A stretch of 64,000 nt of DNA from a virus (lineage: Duplodnaviria; Caudoviricetes). How positions within the stretch are numbered: position 1 is the first letter of the stretch; every line of letters starts with the position of its first letter. A program made the translations under genes and the position numbers. Where the stretch lies: the IMG/VR virus record IMGVR_UViG_3300024259_001623; one strand, 5' to 3'. Shown one piece after another: positions 20,717-30,697 of the stretch. A model generated the notes under the pieces. The model was not told where the DNA came from and did no database searches. It saw only the letters and a list, made by a program, of their open reading frames with translations.

Positions 20717-22540
20717 TTATGGCAATCTAGAATTGACATCTCTGTAGGATTCTCGATATTCTTCAATTCTAGCATTATAGGAGGATTCATCTGGACATTC
20801 TACTCCTCCAGGCCAACCAACCAATCCAGCACATTTGTACATCCAATCAGGGGATAAGGGGTACAAATACGTCATTAGCCAATCATAAGTTTGATTAATC
20901 GCAATCCCTCCATCGCACCAATAACCAGATGACTGATTGCCAACCTCGTAATTATGATAATTAAATGATTCAAGAGGGAGAGGCTGCTCAGGAGGAGAAG
21001 TAGTAGTTCTAGCTTCAAAACTATAGGCGTTTGGCACAAAACCACCTACATAAAAACCATAAATCGGTTTGCCATAAAGATTTTCCATAGCATAATAAGT
21101 CATATTATTATAAGTGCCATAGGGGATTAACTCTGGCAATAAATCTACTCCAATCGTTCCTGCTTCTATTTGAGATGCATAAGGTATATACATTTCCGTT
21201 CCCCAAACAATAATTGGTTCACTGGTAGTACTATATCCACTAGCAATTGGGGCGTCATAATAGTTCCGTCTAGGTTTTTGATAAACTCCAATAACGAAAC
21301 TAGGATCAATTGCTTTTACTCTCTCTCTCACGTTATTTGATAAAGCTTGAATGTTATCTTCTAAAAATAGATAATATTCATCTAATGATGTATTAGCGCT
21401 AAGCCAGTCTCTTCTGTCAGTACCATTTTGTGGAACAACAGCCACGCTCCCGATGGAATCCAAATATTGTTGCCAGATACCATCAGCATAGCCCCAAGCA
21501 GTCCGTCTTAACAACACGTGGGTAACATCCTCGCCATAGATTTCATGATCCATAAAGACTCCATCGGCCCGATACTCGTCAGAGTCCTTAACAAGGGTTA
21601 CTAGCTCAACAAGAAAGTCTCCAAGATAGTCCCAGTATTCCACGCTCCAGGGGCTGACGTGATTGCTCTGGTGGCCCCACTCATCCCATCCCTGTTCAAA
21701 ACCTCTACCATATTTAGTAACATCGTAACTAAAAGAAACAGTTGGAAAAAACATCATATTCCGGCTTTTTGCCCAAGCAGTATAATCTCGTATACTGTTC
21801 CACATGACGGTTGTATCTTGCAAATCAGTCTGTAAACCGTGAACAATTAAAGTATTAAAACCATCATCAACAAAAACATCACTATTTTCGGGGGTATCTC
21901 CCTGATTAGGGTAGTAGCCGACATGATAAGCTTTTATTGTATCTGGCCAACTAGCTACATAAATGTCATCAATATCAAAGCCGACTTCTGAACTTAACGA
22001 TTGCCAAGTTGTATCTACAATAATAGGTGTATCAGTCGTAGTTGTTGCAGAAATGGATACTTCGTCCATATCACTTGTAGTAATTGGTTCTTCATCCATA
22101 TCTTCTGCGGCGAGAAAAATTTCTCCCATCTCGATAGGTTCTTCTTCTTCCATCTCGATTTCAATGGCAAGAGGTCCACCTAGACCACTTATAACGACAG
22201 GGGTACCAGCTTCATGACATTCAGAAAAATAATCATCTATTTCATCATAATTTCCTCTATTAAGAACATGCCTATTTAACGATCTAACAGCGTCTAATAA
22301 AAAAGTAGTAGAAGCAGACTGTGCAGTACTTAGATTATATGAATTCCAAAAAGATTCTAAAAGATCTATCTTTACAATACATCCATTTAACATGATTATT
22401 TGATAAACAGCGTCTAATAAATCTTGATTAGCGTCTAATTGTCTATCTCTAGCCTGAGAATATAAATTAGCTAGGCATTGATAATCCTCGCAACTAATTA
22501 TTCCACTGTCTAAATCACATGATCCCGTATTGCAAGTCAT
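20717..22540 (-). CDS. Acidic protein with a possible glycoside-hydrolase-like barrel domain
   Basis: 607 aa; FFPTVSFSYD, DGVFMDHEIYG, FVIGVY; acidic Thr-rich linker after a Cys-containing N-terminal domain. Confidence 0.5.
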   Translation of the reverse strand: MTCNTGSCDLDSGIISCEDYQCLANLYSQARDRQLDANQDLLDAVYQIIMLNGCIVKIDLLESFWNSYNLSTAQSASTTFLLDAVRSLNRHVLNRGNYDEIDDYFSECHEAGTPVVISGLGGPLAIEIEMEEEEPIEMGEIFLAAEDMDEEPITTSDMDEVSISATTTTDTPIIVDTTWQSLSSEVGFDIDDIYVASWPDTIKAYHVGYYPNQGDTPENSDVFVDDGFNTLIVHGLQTDLQDTTVMWNSIRDYTAWAKSRNMMFFPTVSFSYDVTKYGRGFEQGWDEWGHQSNHVSPWSVEYWDYLGDFLVELVTLVKDSDEYRADGVFMDHEIYGEDVTHVLLRRTAWGYADGIWQQYLDSIGSVAVVPQNGTDRRDWLSANTSLDEYYLFLEDNIQALSNNVRERVKAIDPSFVIGVYQKPRRNYYDAPIASGYSTTSEPIIVWGTEMYIPYASQIEAGTIGVDLLPELIPYGTYNNMTYYAMENLYGKPIYGFYVGGFVPNAYSFEARTTTSPPEQPLPLESFNYHNYEVGNQSSGYWCDGGIAINQTYDWLMTYLYPLSPDWMYKCAGLVGWPGGVECPDESSYNARIEEYRESYRDVNSRLP

Positions 22541-22549
22541 TTTTTCTCC

Positions 22550-24670
22550 TTATTGTCTTCTCTTCCACCATTCTGTGCAGCATTTAGCACAATAATTCGG
22601 ATCAGACAATAAATCTGTATAATCCTCAATCTTAGGCTCGTCTGGCAAATCTTCTTTGCATAGCAAACCTTGCTGATACAATTTCAAAGATGCTAACCAA
22701 GCTCTATGTAAACAATTAAAATCTGCCCAAACTTTAGGAGGTATCTTTGCATTATCTTCATCAACAGTTTTTGTAACTTCATTAGCAAAAGCTTCAGGCA
22801 AAGTCTTTTCCGGATAAATTTCGCATTGGCAATCATTATACTGGAAAGTAATTTCAAATTTAAATTTATCGCTAGTTATCGATATAATAGTCAACAGGAA
22901 CGAAACAGATCCCTTCGATTGTAATAATATACAATCAGAAGTAGAATCGAATACAAAGTATAAATCTTCATTGTTCTCATTTGCTTTTGCCACAAAAAGA
23001 AGTGAAGATTCATCTTGTATAAGTTGATATACAGATTCTCCTATAATAATTGTGGCTTCATCTCCATCTTCTGAGTCAAACAATATTTTATCTTCATCTG
23101 CTACTGTATATAAGTCCCCATCATTCAATATAATAGTAACCTCAGACGAACTAGATGAACTAGACGAGCTAATCGCAGCAGAACTTGAACTACTGGACGA
23201 AGTAGAGCTACTCGATGACGAACTAGACGAACTAGAACTGAATAGGCTAGAACTAGACGAAGAACTTGAACTACTACTAGATGAACTACTAGAAGAACTA
23301 CTAGATGAGCTTTCAGAACTAGATGAGCTAGACGAACTGCTTGAGCTTGAGCTACTAGACGAACTAGAGCTTTTAGAACTACTTGAACTCTCAGAACTAC
23401 TCGATGAACTTACAGAACTACTCGATGAACTACTACTAGATGAGCTTTTAGAGCTTGAAGAACTACTTGATAAACTACTGCTAGATGAACTCTCAGAGCT
23501 ACTAGACGAGCTACTGCTAGACGAACTAGAGCTTTCTGAACTGCTGCTAGACGAACTACTACTAGAACTTATTCCTAAAGATTGAGAACTACTACTTGAG
23601 CTAGAAGAACTAAACAGACTACTAGAACTGCTACTAGAACTAGAACTAGAACTACTACTAGACGGGCTACTGGACGAACTAGAACTGCTGCTAGAACTTT
23701 CAGAACTTGACGAGCTGCTAGATGAACTAGAACTGGAAGAACTTCCTGAACTAGAACTGCTTGGAGAACTACTAGATGAACTACTACTGGACGAACTAGA
23801 ACTGCTGCTAGAACTCTCAGAGCTAGATGAACTGCTAGACGAACTACTAGAAGAACTGCTAGATGAACTACTAGAAGAACTACTAGATGAACTACTAGAA
23901 GAACTACTAGATGAACTTTCTGAGCTAGATGAGCTAGATGAGCTAGATGAACTACTTGAAGAGCTATTTGAAGAACTACTTGAACTAGAAGAACTTTCAG
24001 AGCTAGAGCTACTAGATGAACTTTCTGAACTTGACGAGCTACTACTAGACGAACTAGAACTTTCAGAACTTGACGAACTGCTAGATGAACTAGAACTGGA
24101 AGAACTTCCTGAACTAGAACTGCTTGGAGAACTACTAGATGAACTGCTACTGGACGAACTAGAACTGCTGCTAGAACTCTCAGAGCTAGATGAACTGCTA
24201 GACGAACTACTAGAAGAACTACTAGATGAACTGCTACTCGATGAACTCGAAGAACTAGAAGAACTAGAAGAACTAGAAGAACTGCTAGATGAGCTAGAAC
24301 TTTCAGAGCTACTACTTGAACTGCTACTAGATGAGCTTCCAGAACTAGAAGAACTAGAAGAACTAGAGCTACTAGAGCTACTTGAACTACTACTAGATGA
24401 GCTTTCAGAACTAGATGAACTAGAAGAACTAGAGCTACTAAATAAACTACTACTAGAACTTGAACTACTACTAGAACTTGAACTACTACTAGAACTTGAA
24501 CTACTACTAGAACTTGAACTACTACTAGAACTTGAACTACTAGAGGCATCAGCGTCTTGAACCGTCGGTGGTAATCCAGCACTGATATAAACAGTATTGA
24601 CACCGCTCGGATCTTGTCCACTGCCTTTGGCAACGGGAAGGCCCGCTGATATATGGTATTTATTTGCCAT
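22550..24670 (-). CDS. Poly-serine protein, probably virion-associated
   Basis: 706 aa; ISAGLP occurs twice at the N-terminus, followed by a ~467-codon Ser tract and a Cys-containing C-terminal domain. Confidence 0.8.
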   Translation of the reverse strand: MANKYHISAGLPVAKGSGQDPSGVNTVYISAGLPPTVQDADASSSSSSSSSSSSSSSSSSSSSSSSSSSSSSSSSLFSSSSSSSSSSSESSSSSSSSSSSSSSSSSSSSSGSSSSSSSSSSSESSSSSSSSSSSSSSSSSSSSSSSSSSSSSSSSSSSSSSSSESSSSSSSSSSSSSSSSSPSSSSSGSSSSSSSSSSSSSSESSSSSSSSSSSSESSSSSSSSESSSSSSSSSNSSSSSSSSSSSSSSSESSSSSSSSSSSSSSSSSSSSSSSSSSSSSSSSSESSSSSSSSSSSSSSSSSPSSSSSGSSSSSSSSSSSSSSESSSSSSSSSSSPSSSSSSSSSSSSSSSLFSSSSSSSSSQSLGISSSSSSSSSSSESSSSSSSSSSSSSESSSSSSLSSSSSSSKSSSSSSSSSSSVSSSSSSESSSSSKSSSSSSSSSSSSSSSSSSSESSSSSSSSSSSSSSSSSSSSSSLFSSSSSSSSSSSSTSSSSSSSAAISSSSSSSSSEVTIILNDGDLYTVADEDKILFDSEDGDEATIIIGESVYQLIQDESSLLFVAKANENNEDLYFVFDSTSDCILLQSKGSVSFLLTIISITSDKFKFEITFQYNDCQCEIYPEKTLPEAFANEVTKTVDEDNAKIPPKVWADFNCLHRAWLASLKLYQQGLLCKEDLPDEPKIEDYTDLLSDPNYCAKCCTEWWKRRQ
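23144..24544 (-). repeat. Poly-Ser coding tract with internal tandem and dispersed DNA repeats
   Basis: Mixed AGY/TCN codons; five perfect 18-nt units CTACTACTAGAACTTGAA at 24447-24536; a near-identical block near 23700 recurs about 363 nt away near 24064. Confidence 0.95.
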
Positions 24671-25956
24671 TATGAATCAAGGTCTATCTCGACAGAGTAG
24701 CCAGCCGCCTTATCACTATCCAAATTATAATCATCAGCAGCGGGATTTACATAGCCGTGGTCGGTTTCGCTGCCGTCGAACGTATTACCGACAATACTAT
24801 TATATTGCTGGCCCTCAACATCATTGACAGTGGAAGCACCCGCTCCCTTATTGCCGCCGAAATAGGTCCACGCTGCCTGCACGATGTTGTTAGCACTGGA
24901 AAGTTCAATGCCGTATTCTAAATCAGTATTGCCGTTGTTTGTAATTCTACAACCGATAACACGGATGATCGTGGCACCTAGCTGGTCAATGCCGTCTGAC
25001 GTTGCACCATCCACGACACAGTTGAAGAAAGATGCCTCATCGCATTGGAAGTTGTCTGCATTTTCGTACGACAAGCAACCATAAAATGCAAGACGCGAGG
25101 ATTGACCACCCAATCCTAGACCGCCGTTGCCGAACGCGGTACACATGATGTATACAGCGTCGTACCCGAATTGCCCCTCCCGCATGCCATCGAGGTCGTT
25201 TTCCTCGGCACGGAACCGAATGCAGGTATTGCTAATGGTCCTATAGAAATATGTCCCGTAGTTGCACAGGTCAGCCATGTTGTGATACATAACCCAGAAG
25301 TTTGCACCATTGGCCGGGTCTACCCACCACCCACGATCCTCGCAACGAGTTATACGTATATTTTCAAACCACAGGTAGTTAGCCGCGATTGCCCCGCTAA
25401 TTGTGATGCCGCGATCCGCGTCATCTTCCCCATCAAGAACAGCGTATGTCTCGTCATTAGTCCATCCACTCCCCTCTACACCGATGAACTTAATATAGCC
25501 ACCAGCCACCGTACCGGACAAGGACGGGAATTCAACGCCGTTGCACGTCGAGGTCATTGTAGCGTCGGCACCGCCGCTGTCATTAGTGATACCGTCAGCA
25601 TCATCAATATTTGTAAAGAGGTATGCTACATCGAGCCAGACCCAGAACGTAGTGGTCGTCGCTTGCCAAATAATAGTACCTTGCCAATCAGGAGTCGCAG
25701 GCGTATCGTGCACCACGTCGCCCGGCACCCAACCAGCGTGCGTAGAACCTGTTACGATTTTCACAAGTCGTCCATGAAGTCCGGTGCCAGAAAGATAAAG
25801 AGTTTCACCAACGCCAATTACCGATCCGCTACCGAAACCATGTAACGCTTGGAGAAAACCACCAGGACCAGTGTATACTTGCGTAGGTCCAGTGCCAGTT
25901 CCGACCTGATCTACAAAATCTGATCGGCTTAGATCGCAGTAGTAAGGGCCAGCCAT
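24670..25956 (-). CDS. Right-handed beta-helix (pectin lyase-like) protein, putative tail or receptor-binding component
   Basis: Parallel beta-helix signatures (NIRITRCEDRG, CTAFGNG, CLSYENADN, CRITNNG); ends YVNPAADDYNL; visibly GC-richer than flanks. Confidence 0.65.
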   Translation of the reverse strand: MAGPYYCDLSRSDFVDQVGTGTGPTQVYTGPGGFLQALHGFGSGSVIGVGETLYLSGTGLHGRLVKIVTGSTHAGWVPGDVVHDTPATPDWQGTIIWQATTTTFWVWLDVAYLFTNIDDADGITNDSGGADATMTSTCNGVEFPSLSGTVAGGYIKFIGVEGSGWTNDETYAVLDGEDDADRGITISGAIAANYLWFENIRITRCEDRGWWVDPANGANFWVMYHNMADLCNYGTYFYRTISNTCIRFRAEENDLDGMREGQFGYDAVYIMCTAFGNGGLGLGGQSSRLAFYGCLSYENADNFQCDEASFFNCVVDGATSDGIDQLGATIIRVIGCRITNNGNTDLEYGIELSSANNIVQAAWTYFGGNKGAGASTVNDVEGQQYNSIVGNTFDGSETDHGYVNPAADDYNLDSDKAAGYSVEIDLDS

Positions 25957-26423
25957 TACTTAATCCTCCCAAGACGGTTATCTGCATATACCCACACCCG
26001 TTTCGTAAAAACGTGGACAGTAATCCCGTCAGCATCGACCTCCTTTGTCACGTTGAGTGCGGGCTTATCGGGGTCGGTTGATCGCTTTACACGACGAAAC
26101 TCTTTCTCGTCTATCTCCACCCATTGCTTCGTACTGCCGACGCGGTGCTGGCAAAGAGGGCCTTCTGCTGTCAAGCCATGCTTTTTGAATTTAGGGTGAA
26201 GGTTTTCGCAGAATTCCACCCTAGAACGTCGGCATTGGTCAAACTTAGCATCAGCAGGCAGAGCGGCATTAGTGAGATTGCACCGGATAAAATTAAGCCC
26301 AGTCTTACCTTCGCAGATTTTTGTGCCTGGAGTTATCTGCATGATATTACATCGCTCGAAAATGTCGCGGTCTTCACACGGTGGATTTTGGAACTGAAAA
26401 TTTTTTAATCTATGAATAGCCAT
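25956..26423 (-). CDS. Hypothetical protein
   Basis: 155 aa, coupled to the next gene, GC-richer. Confidence 0.65.
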   Translation of the reverse strand: MAIHRLKNFQFQNPPCEDRDIFERCNIMQITPGTKICEGKTGLNFIRCNLTNAALPADAKFDQCRRSRVEFCENLHPKFKKHGLTAEGPLCQHRVGSTKQWVEIDEKEFRRVKRSTDPDKPALNVTKEVDADGITVHVFTKRVWVYADNRLGRIK

Positions 26424-26425
26424 TA

Positions 26426-27094
26426 CTAACCGCCTTCTTTTATTTGGATGTTTAACGCTTTTTTATAAGTAACGCTTTTTATTTTATCATAATTTACTTT
26501 ATAGTTGTGTCTGGGATAAAATTTAACTTTTTTGTCTTCTATACTAACTAATGTCTCTCCGGAAATTCCTATATCATCTTTATAATTTATTTGATATTTA
26601 GATGTTGTTATAACAGTCCCGTCATAGTTTTCTTCTACAGGACCGCATAGTTCTTCTCCTTCTGGAACGGTTTCATCATCTATATCTATAACCGCGTATC
26701 TTTTTAATTCTTTTTTTGACCAGCACCATGTATCTACTAAAGGTAGATTTTTATGAAAATCTAACCCGCAAGTAGCTATAACGGCCCCGCTCTTAGATAT
26801 ATCATTCCATGCAGTGATCCAGTCTGTTTCTTTATTATCAGCCGCTTTAAATATATCATACCAAGATTTTTGCCATAATCCTATTAAAGATTGGAAATAA
26901 ACGGGTTTAGGTTCAGGGTATTTATATCTATATGCAGGACTCGCATGGTATCCAATCCTGGTAACCCAGGCCATTCTTAACCTCGACTCATTGATCGCAG
27001 AAATAATAGATCCTTTTGGCCTATATAAAATCATCTTATTATTTTTTTGATTCAAAAAATTTTCTGTTGTTAATGCGACTTCTATTTTGCCCAT
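26426..27094 (-). CDS. Hypothetical protein
   Basis: Likely start ATG 27094 (MGKIEV), after GGAG. Confidence 0.65.
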   Translation of the reverse strand: MGKIEVALTTENFLNQKNNKMILYRPKGSIISAINESRLRMAWVTRIGYHASPAYRYKYPEPKPVYFQSLIGLWQKSWYDIFKAADNKETDWITAWNDISKSGAVIATCGLDFHKNLPLVDTWCWSKKELKRYAVIDIDDETVPEGEELCGPVEENYDGTVITTSKYQINYKDDIGISGETLVSIEDKKVKFYPRHNYKVNYDKIKSVTYKKALNIQIKEGG

Positions 27095-27098
27095 TTTA

Positions 27099-27719
27099 TT
27101 ACTCCTGTTCCATTTTATAAGATTCATCTAATATCTTATTAGCATTATAACTTGATCTATACCAGCCATTTGGCATATCAGATAAAATATTTTTTATATA
27201 TTTATCATGAGTATATACCCATTCTTTTATATCGTGAGAAGAGACTTTAGACAATTTCGCTCTATCTACTCCTGTTATATTTGTAGCATTATCTTCAGCC
27301 TCTTTTTTTATTTCGTCCCATTCGTCTTTATCTTCTATCATTGCTCCCCAATGAAGCAAAAAATTATCTTCTGATATAGCCCAATGATCTATATTGTTTA
27401 TTCCAATAAAATCTTTTGTAAATTCTATCGCATTAGGATCATATCCCTCTTCTTCTAAACTTAAAGACTTCAAATTAAATAACGAAGGATTATAGTCTGT
27501 TATAGATAATAAATCCTCAGAATGTAAATTATTTATTGCAATTATATCAATATCCCTTAATCTGAATGAAGGATTATTCAAATTTTTAGATAATGAGCCG
27601 CATACATATACATTTGTAACGCCATTTATTTTAGATACTTTTGCATAAATATCTTTCAGGTAAGGTTTAACATCCCTTACCATAGGCATCGACTTTTTGT
27701 ACCAAGAAGTATTACTCAT
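27099..27719 (-). CDS. Pol-beta superfamily nucleotidyltransferase-like protein with SWYKK leader
   Basis: VYVCGSLSK...RDIDII (GS...DxD motif); starts MSNTSWYKKS. Confidence 0.6.
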   Translation of the reverse strand: MSNTSWYKKSMPMVRDVKPYLKDIYAKVSKINGVTNVYVCGSLSKNLNNPSFRLRDIDIIAINNLHSEDLLSITDYNPSLFNLKSLSLEEEGYDPNAIEFTKDFIGINNIDHWAISEDNFLLHWGAMIEDKDEWDEIKKEAEDNATNITGVDRAKLSKVSSHDIKEWVYTHDKYIKNILSDMPNGWYRSSYNANKILDESYKMEQE

Positions 27720-27763
27720 AAAATTATATTATATTTTTTTTAAAAAAATCTTTTAAAAAATAC

Positions 27764-27792
27764 TTGCACTTATCAAATAAACTATGTATAAT
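27764..27792 (+). promoter_or_regulatory. Sigma70-type promoter of the tRNA cluster
   Basis: TTGCAC-N17-TATAAT with extended TG, 7 nt before the first tRNA. Confidence 0.75.
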
Positions 27793-27799
27793 ATTACAT

Positions 27800-27870
27800 C
27801 GCAGGTAAGTGAACTGGTGTCACGTTGGCCTCATAAGCCAAAAAGTTTGGTTCGATTCCTTAACCTGCTA
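27800..27870 (+). tRNA. tRNA-CAT (Met-type), degenerate T-stem
   Basis: GCAGGT/ACCTGC acceptor with a C1:T72 mismatch, TTGGC-CTCATAA-GCCAA anticodon arm, TTCGATT loop; T-stem has two T:T mismatches. Confidence 0.7.
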
Positions 27871-27898
27871 TTATTATATCGTCTTTAATGTGATATAA

Positions 27899-27970
27899 CC
27901 TCGGGTCATCTAGCGGCTAGGATACAGCACTGTCTATGCTGGTACCAGAGTTCGATTCTCTGTCCGGGGG
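27899..27970 (+). tRNA. tRNA-Asp(GTC)
   Basis: CCTCGGG/TCCGGGG acceptor, CAGCA-CTGTCTA-TGCTG, CAGAG-TTCGATT-CTCTG; no CCA. Confidence 0.88.
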
Positions 27971-27977
27971 TTTATAA

Positions 27978-28053
27978 CGGGATGTAGCTCAGTTTGGCTT
28001 AGAGTGCTGCGTTTGGGACGCAGATGTCGCAGGTTCGAGTCCTGTCATCCCGA
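27978..28053 (+). tRNA. tRNA-Pro(TGG)
   Basis: CGGGATG/CATCCCG, GCTCAGTTTGGCTTAGAGT, CTGCG-TTTGGGA-CGCAG, GCAGG-TTCGAGT-CCTGT; no CCA. Confidence 0.95.
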
Positions 28054-28077
28054 TTTAGAAGTAATAAAAGGATCATA

Positions 28078-28533
28078 ATGGAAGAAGAAACAAAAGAAGT
28101 ATTAAGAATTATAGATCATAAAGAAAGAGTTGCAAATTATATTGTCCATATCGCCCATGAATTACTAAATAGATCAGTAAATCATGATAGCACTAAACTT
28201 CAAAAAGAAAATATAGGTCCAAGTCTTGAAGGTACTAAGCTTCTCCACGGCGTAGAATATGGATCTGAACAGTATAAAGAAACACTAAAAAAAATCAAAC
28301 CAAATATAGATAATCATTATGCTCATAATTCACATCATCCTGAGCATTATCCTAATGGCATAAACGATATGTCTATTATAGATATTATAGAAATGTTATG
28401 TGATTGGAAAGCTGCTACGGCTAGACACCCAAATGGGAATATGCCAGAATCTTTTGAAATCAATCAAAAACGTTTTAATATATCTCCTCAGTTAATAAAA
28501 ATATTTAAAAATACTTTAAAATACATAGAATAA
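28078..28533 (+). CDS. DUF5662-like HD-type protein
   Basis: HDSTK...HYAHNSHHPEHY...DMSIIDIIEMLCDWKAA; start ATG 28078 after AAGGA. Confidence 0.7.
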   Translation: MEEETKEVLRIIDHKERVANYIVHIAHELLNRSVNHDSTKLQKENIGPSLEGTKLLHGVEYGSEQYKETLKKIKPNIDNHYAHNSHHPEHYPNGINDMSIIDIIEMLCDWKAATARHPNGNMPESFEINQKRFNISPQLIKIFKNTLKYIE

Positions 28534-28582
28534 AGTGAAAAGATCACAGCATAAGATGTAAAAAACAATTAAGGAGAAAAAG

Positions 28583-29467
28583 ATGAGAATTATACATATC
28601 GAAGAAGATAATCTGCCGATGGCTTGGGAAAAAGCAGTACTAAGAACCTGGAACGAAGGAGATGAATTCTCTACTCAATACGATAAGCCAGGTGATCCCA
28701 AAAGTAAAGATGTTTTTGCGGTTATTCATATTAAAAACCCTCTTAGTAATCCTAGAATTCATAGAGCTTTTCCTGGCGGCTTAGATGATCTAGAGAAATA
28801 TAGATCAGAAGTTCTTCATGGAGTTCACGATCATTGGGTCAATCCATCAGAAGGAAAATGGGAATACACATATCATGAAAGACTTTTTGAATATGATATT
28901 GTGGAAAAGAAAGAAGATATTGAATATGGCGAATTTTCAGGTACTTATAGTGCTGTCGCAAAAAAAATTAACCAAATTGATGAGTGTATCAGAATGTTAA
29001 AAGAATGTGGGCACACAAGGCGGGCACAAGCTGTAACATGGAAGTGTTGGGAAGATTTGAATATATCTGACCCCTCATGTTTGCAAAGACTTTGGTTTAG
29101 AGTCCAAGATGGAAAATTGAATATGGTTATCCATATTAGAAGCAACGATGCTTTTAAGGCATCATTTATGAATATGTATGCGTTCACAGAATTGCAAGCG
29201 ATGGTCGCAGAAGCAGTAGGAGTAGAAGTAGGAGAGTACATCCATGTAGCAGATTCGTTCCATATTTACGGTTCTTACTTTGAAGAATTCGAAGGATTCT
29301 TAAAGACTGTAGAGCAACGGGAACCAGAAGATCGAGTATATACAAAAGAGTTTGCCAAAGATTTCTTTATTGATGGATGTAATGTTCTGTTGGGAGAAGA
29401 AGATATGCCAGCAGATAAAAGAAAACTAGTAGAAGAAAGGAAAGAATATTTAAATTCTTTAGAGTAA
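28583..29467 (+). CDS. thyA: Thymidylate synthase (ThyA family)
   Basis: YTYHERL, TRRAQAVTW, DPSCLQ (catalytic Cys), HIRSND, FMN (Asn associated with dUMP specificity), DSFHIY. Confidence 0.88.
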   Translation: MRIIHIEEDNLPMAWEKAVLRTWNEGDEFSTQYDKPGDPKSKDVFAVIHIKNPLSNPRIHRAFPGGLDDLEKYRSEVLHGVHDHWVNPSEGKWEYTYHERLFEYDIVEKKEDIEYGEFSGTYSAVAKKINQIDECIRMLKECGHTRRAQAVTWKCWEDLNISDPSCLQRLWFRVQDGKLNMVIHIRSNDAFKASFMNMYAFTELQAMVAEAVGVEVGEYIHVADSFHIYGSYFEEFEGFLKTVEQREPEDRVYTKEFAKDFFIDGCNVLLGEEDMPADKRKLVEERKEYLNSLE

Positions 29468-29468
29468 A

Positions 29469-30125
29469 ATGAAGACATATTGGAAAATATCTGGACCGAA
29501 TAAAGCTCCTAAATCTTATTGCACAGCTTTTTATAAGTATGATGGATCAAATATACGTATTGAATGGTCTAAAAAGAAAGGTTGGCATAAATTTGGAAGT
29601 AGAAATGTATTGATAGATGAAACTAGCTTTTTGGGTGAATCTATTTCGTTATTCCAAAATACATATGCAGAAGATTTGAGCAAAATTATAAAAGATAATA
29701 AAATTTTCAGGGGAGCAGATAGCGTAACTGCTTTTTGCGAATTTTATGGAGAAAAGTCTTTTGCAGGATACCACGAACCCGGCGACGAAATGAAAATTAT
29801 TTTGTTTGATATGAATATAAACAAAAAAGGTATAATGCCTCCAAGAGATTTTATAAAAACTTTTGGGAAACTAGAAATACCAGAAGTAATTTATGAAGGA
29901 ATATTTGGTCCAGCTTTTGTACAAGATATAAAGGATGGCAAATATACAGTTAAAGAAGGCGTAGTAGCAAAAGGTGTTAACCAAAATAAGAAGAAATCTC
30001 AACATTCTTTATGGATGGCAAAAGTAAAAACTAAGTGGTGGATAGATGAGCTAAAAAATAAAGCTTTGAAAGATGCGAAATTAAGTTCGGTTTTACAAGA
30101 TAATATGCAAGAACAGAGAGGGTAA
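29469..30125 (+). CDS. ATP-dependent RNA ligase (Rnl2-like nucleotidyltransferase)
   Basis: KYDGSN (motif I), FGSRN, CEFYG (III), LFD (IIIa), EGVV (IV), KVK (V); lacks DNA-ligase OB/BRCT domains. Confidence 0.75.
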   Translation: MKTYWKISGPNKAPKSYCTAFYKYDGSNIRIEWSKKKGWHKFGSRNVLIDETSFLGESISLFQNTYAEDLSKIIKDNKIFRGADSVTAFCEFYGEKSFAGYHEPGDEMKIILFDMNINKKGIMPPRDFIKTFGKLEIPEVIYEGIFGPAFVQDIKDGKYTVKEGVVAKGVNQNKKKSQHSLWMAKVKTKWWIDELKNKALKDAKLSSVLQDNMQEQRG

Positions 30126-30127
30126 CA

Positions 30128-30697
30128 ATGAGAGAGTCTTGTTTAAATTGCGTTAGAAAACACTTGTCTACAGCCAGAGTTTTTTCTATTTTACTTAAAA
30201 GAAAAGATTATACATTAGACATTCTTAGAGAACTAGGTCAGGCAAAAATTCTATTAGAAGAATTTAGCACTGGTGATTATGATATGCATTTTTGGTATGC
30301 TTTAGGACACATGAGCGTAGCAGAAGAAATAGCATTAAGAATGGATAAAATAGACTTGTTTTCTTTTATCAGGGAAGAAAGAAGCAAAAGCATGGGAGAA
30401 AAAGAAGAAGAAGAATATTATATCCCTGATATTATTGCATGTATAGAAGCCGTAGTAGAAGAAAAGATATCTAAAATTATTAAAATCAACAGAAAAGAAC
30501 TTGTAGCTTGTATACAGGGGCATATCTGTGAAGCAATGGAAGAAAGTATGAAAGATTTTTCAGGGCTATATGAAGATATTAATGATTCATACCAATCTGT
30601 TATGAAAAAGAAAAAATCATGGGATGATATTGAGTTTGATAATTTAATAGATATAGCAACGGATAATGCGGAGGCAACAAAATATGAGAAGTCTTAA
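30128..30697 (+). CDS. Hypothetical protein
   Basis: 189 aa; N-terminal CLNC; internally repeated helical segments. Confidence 0.7.
   Translation: MRESCLNCVRKHLSTARVFSILLKRKDYTLDILRELGQAKILLEEFSTGDYDMHFWYALGHMSVAEEIALRMDKIDLFSFIREERSKSMGEKEEEEYYIPDIIACIEAVVEEKISKIIKINRKELVACIQGHICEAMEESMKDFSGLYEDINDSYQSVMKKKKSWDDIEFDNLIDIATDNAEATKYEKS

Noticed and set aside
23052-24633. Track ORFs 23575..24633 (-, V/L/A-rich) and 23052..23585 (+, L/E/D-rich)
   Set aside because: They are alternative-frame shadows of the poly-Ser tract, which lacks stops in other frames; they have no RBS or operon context.
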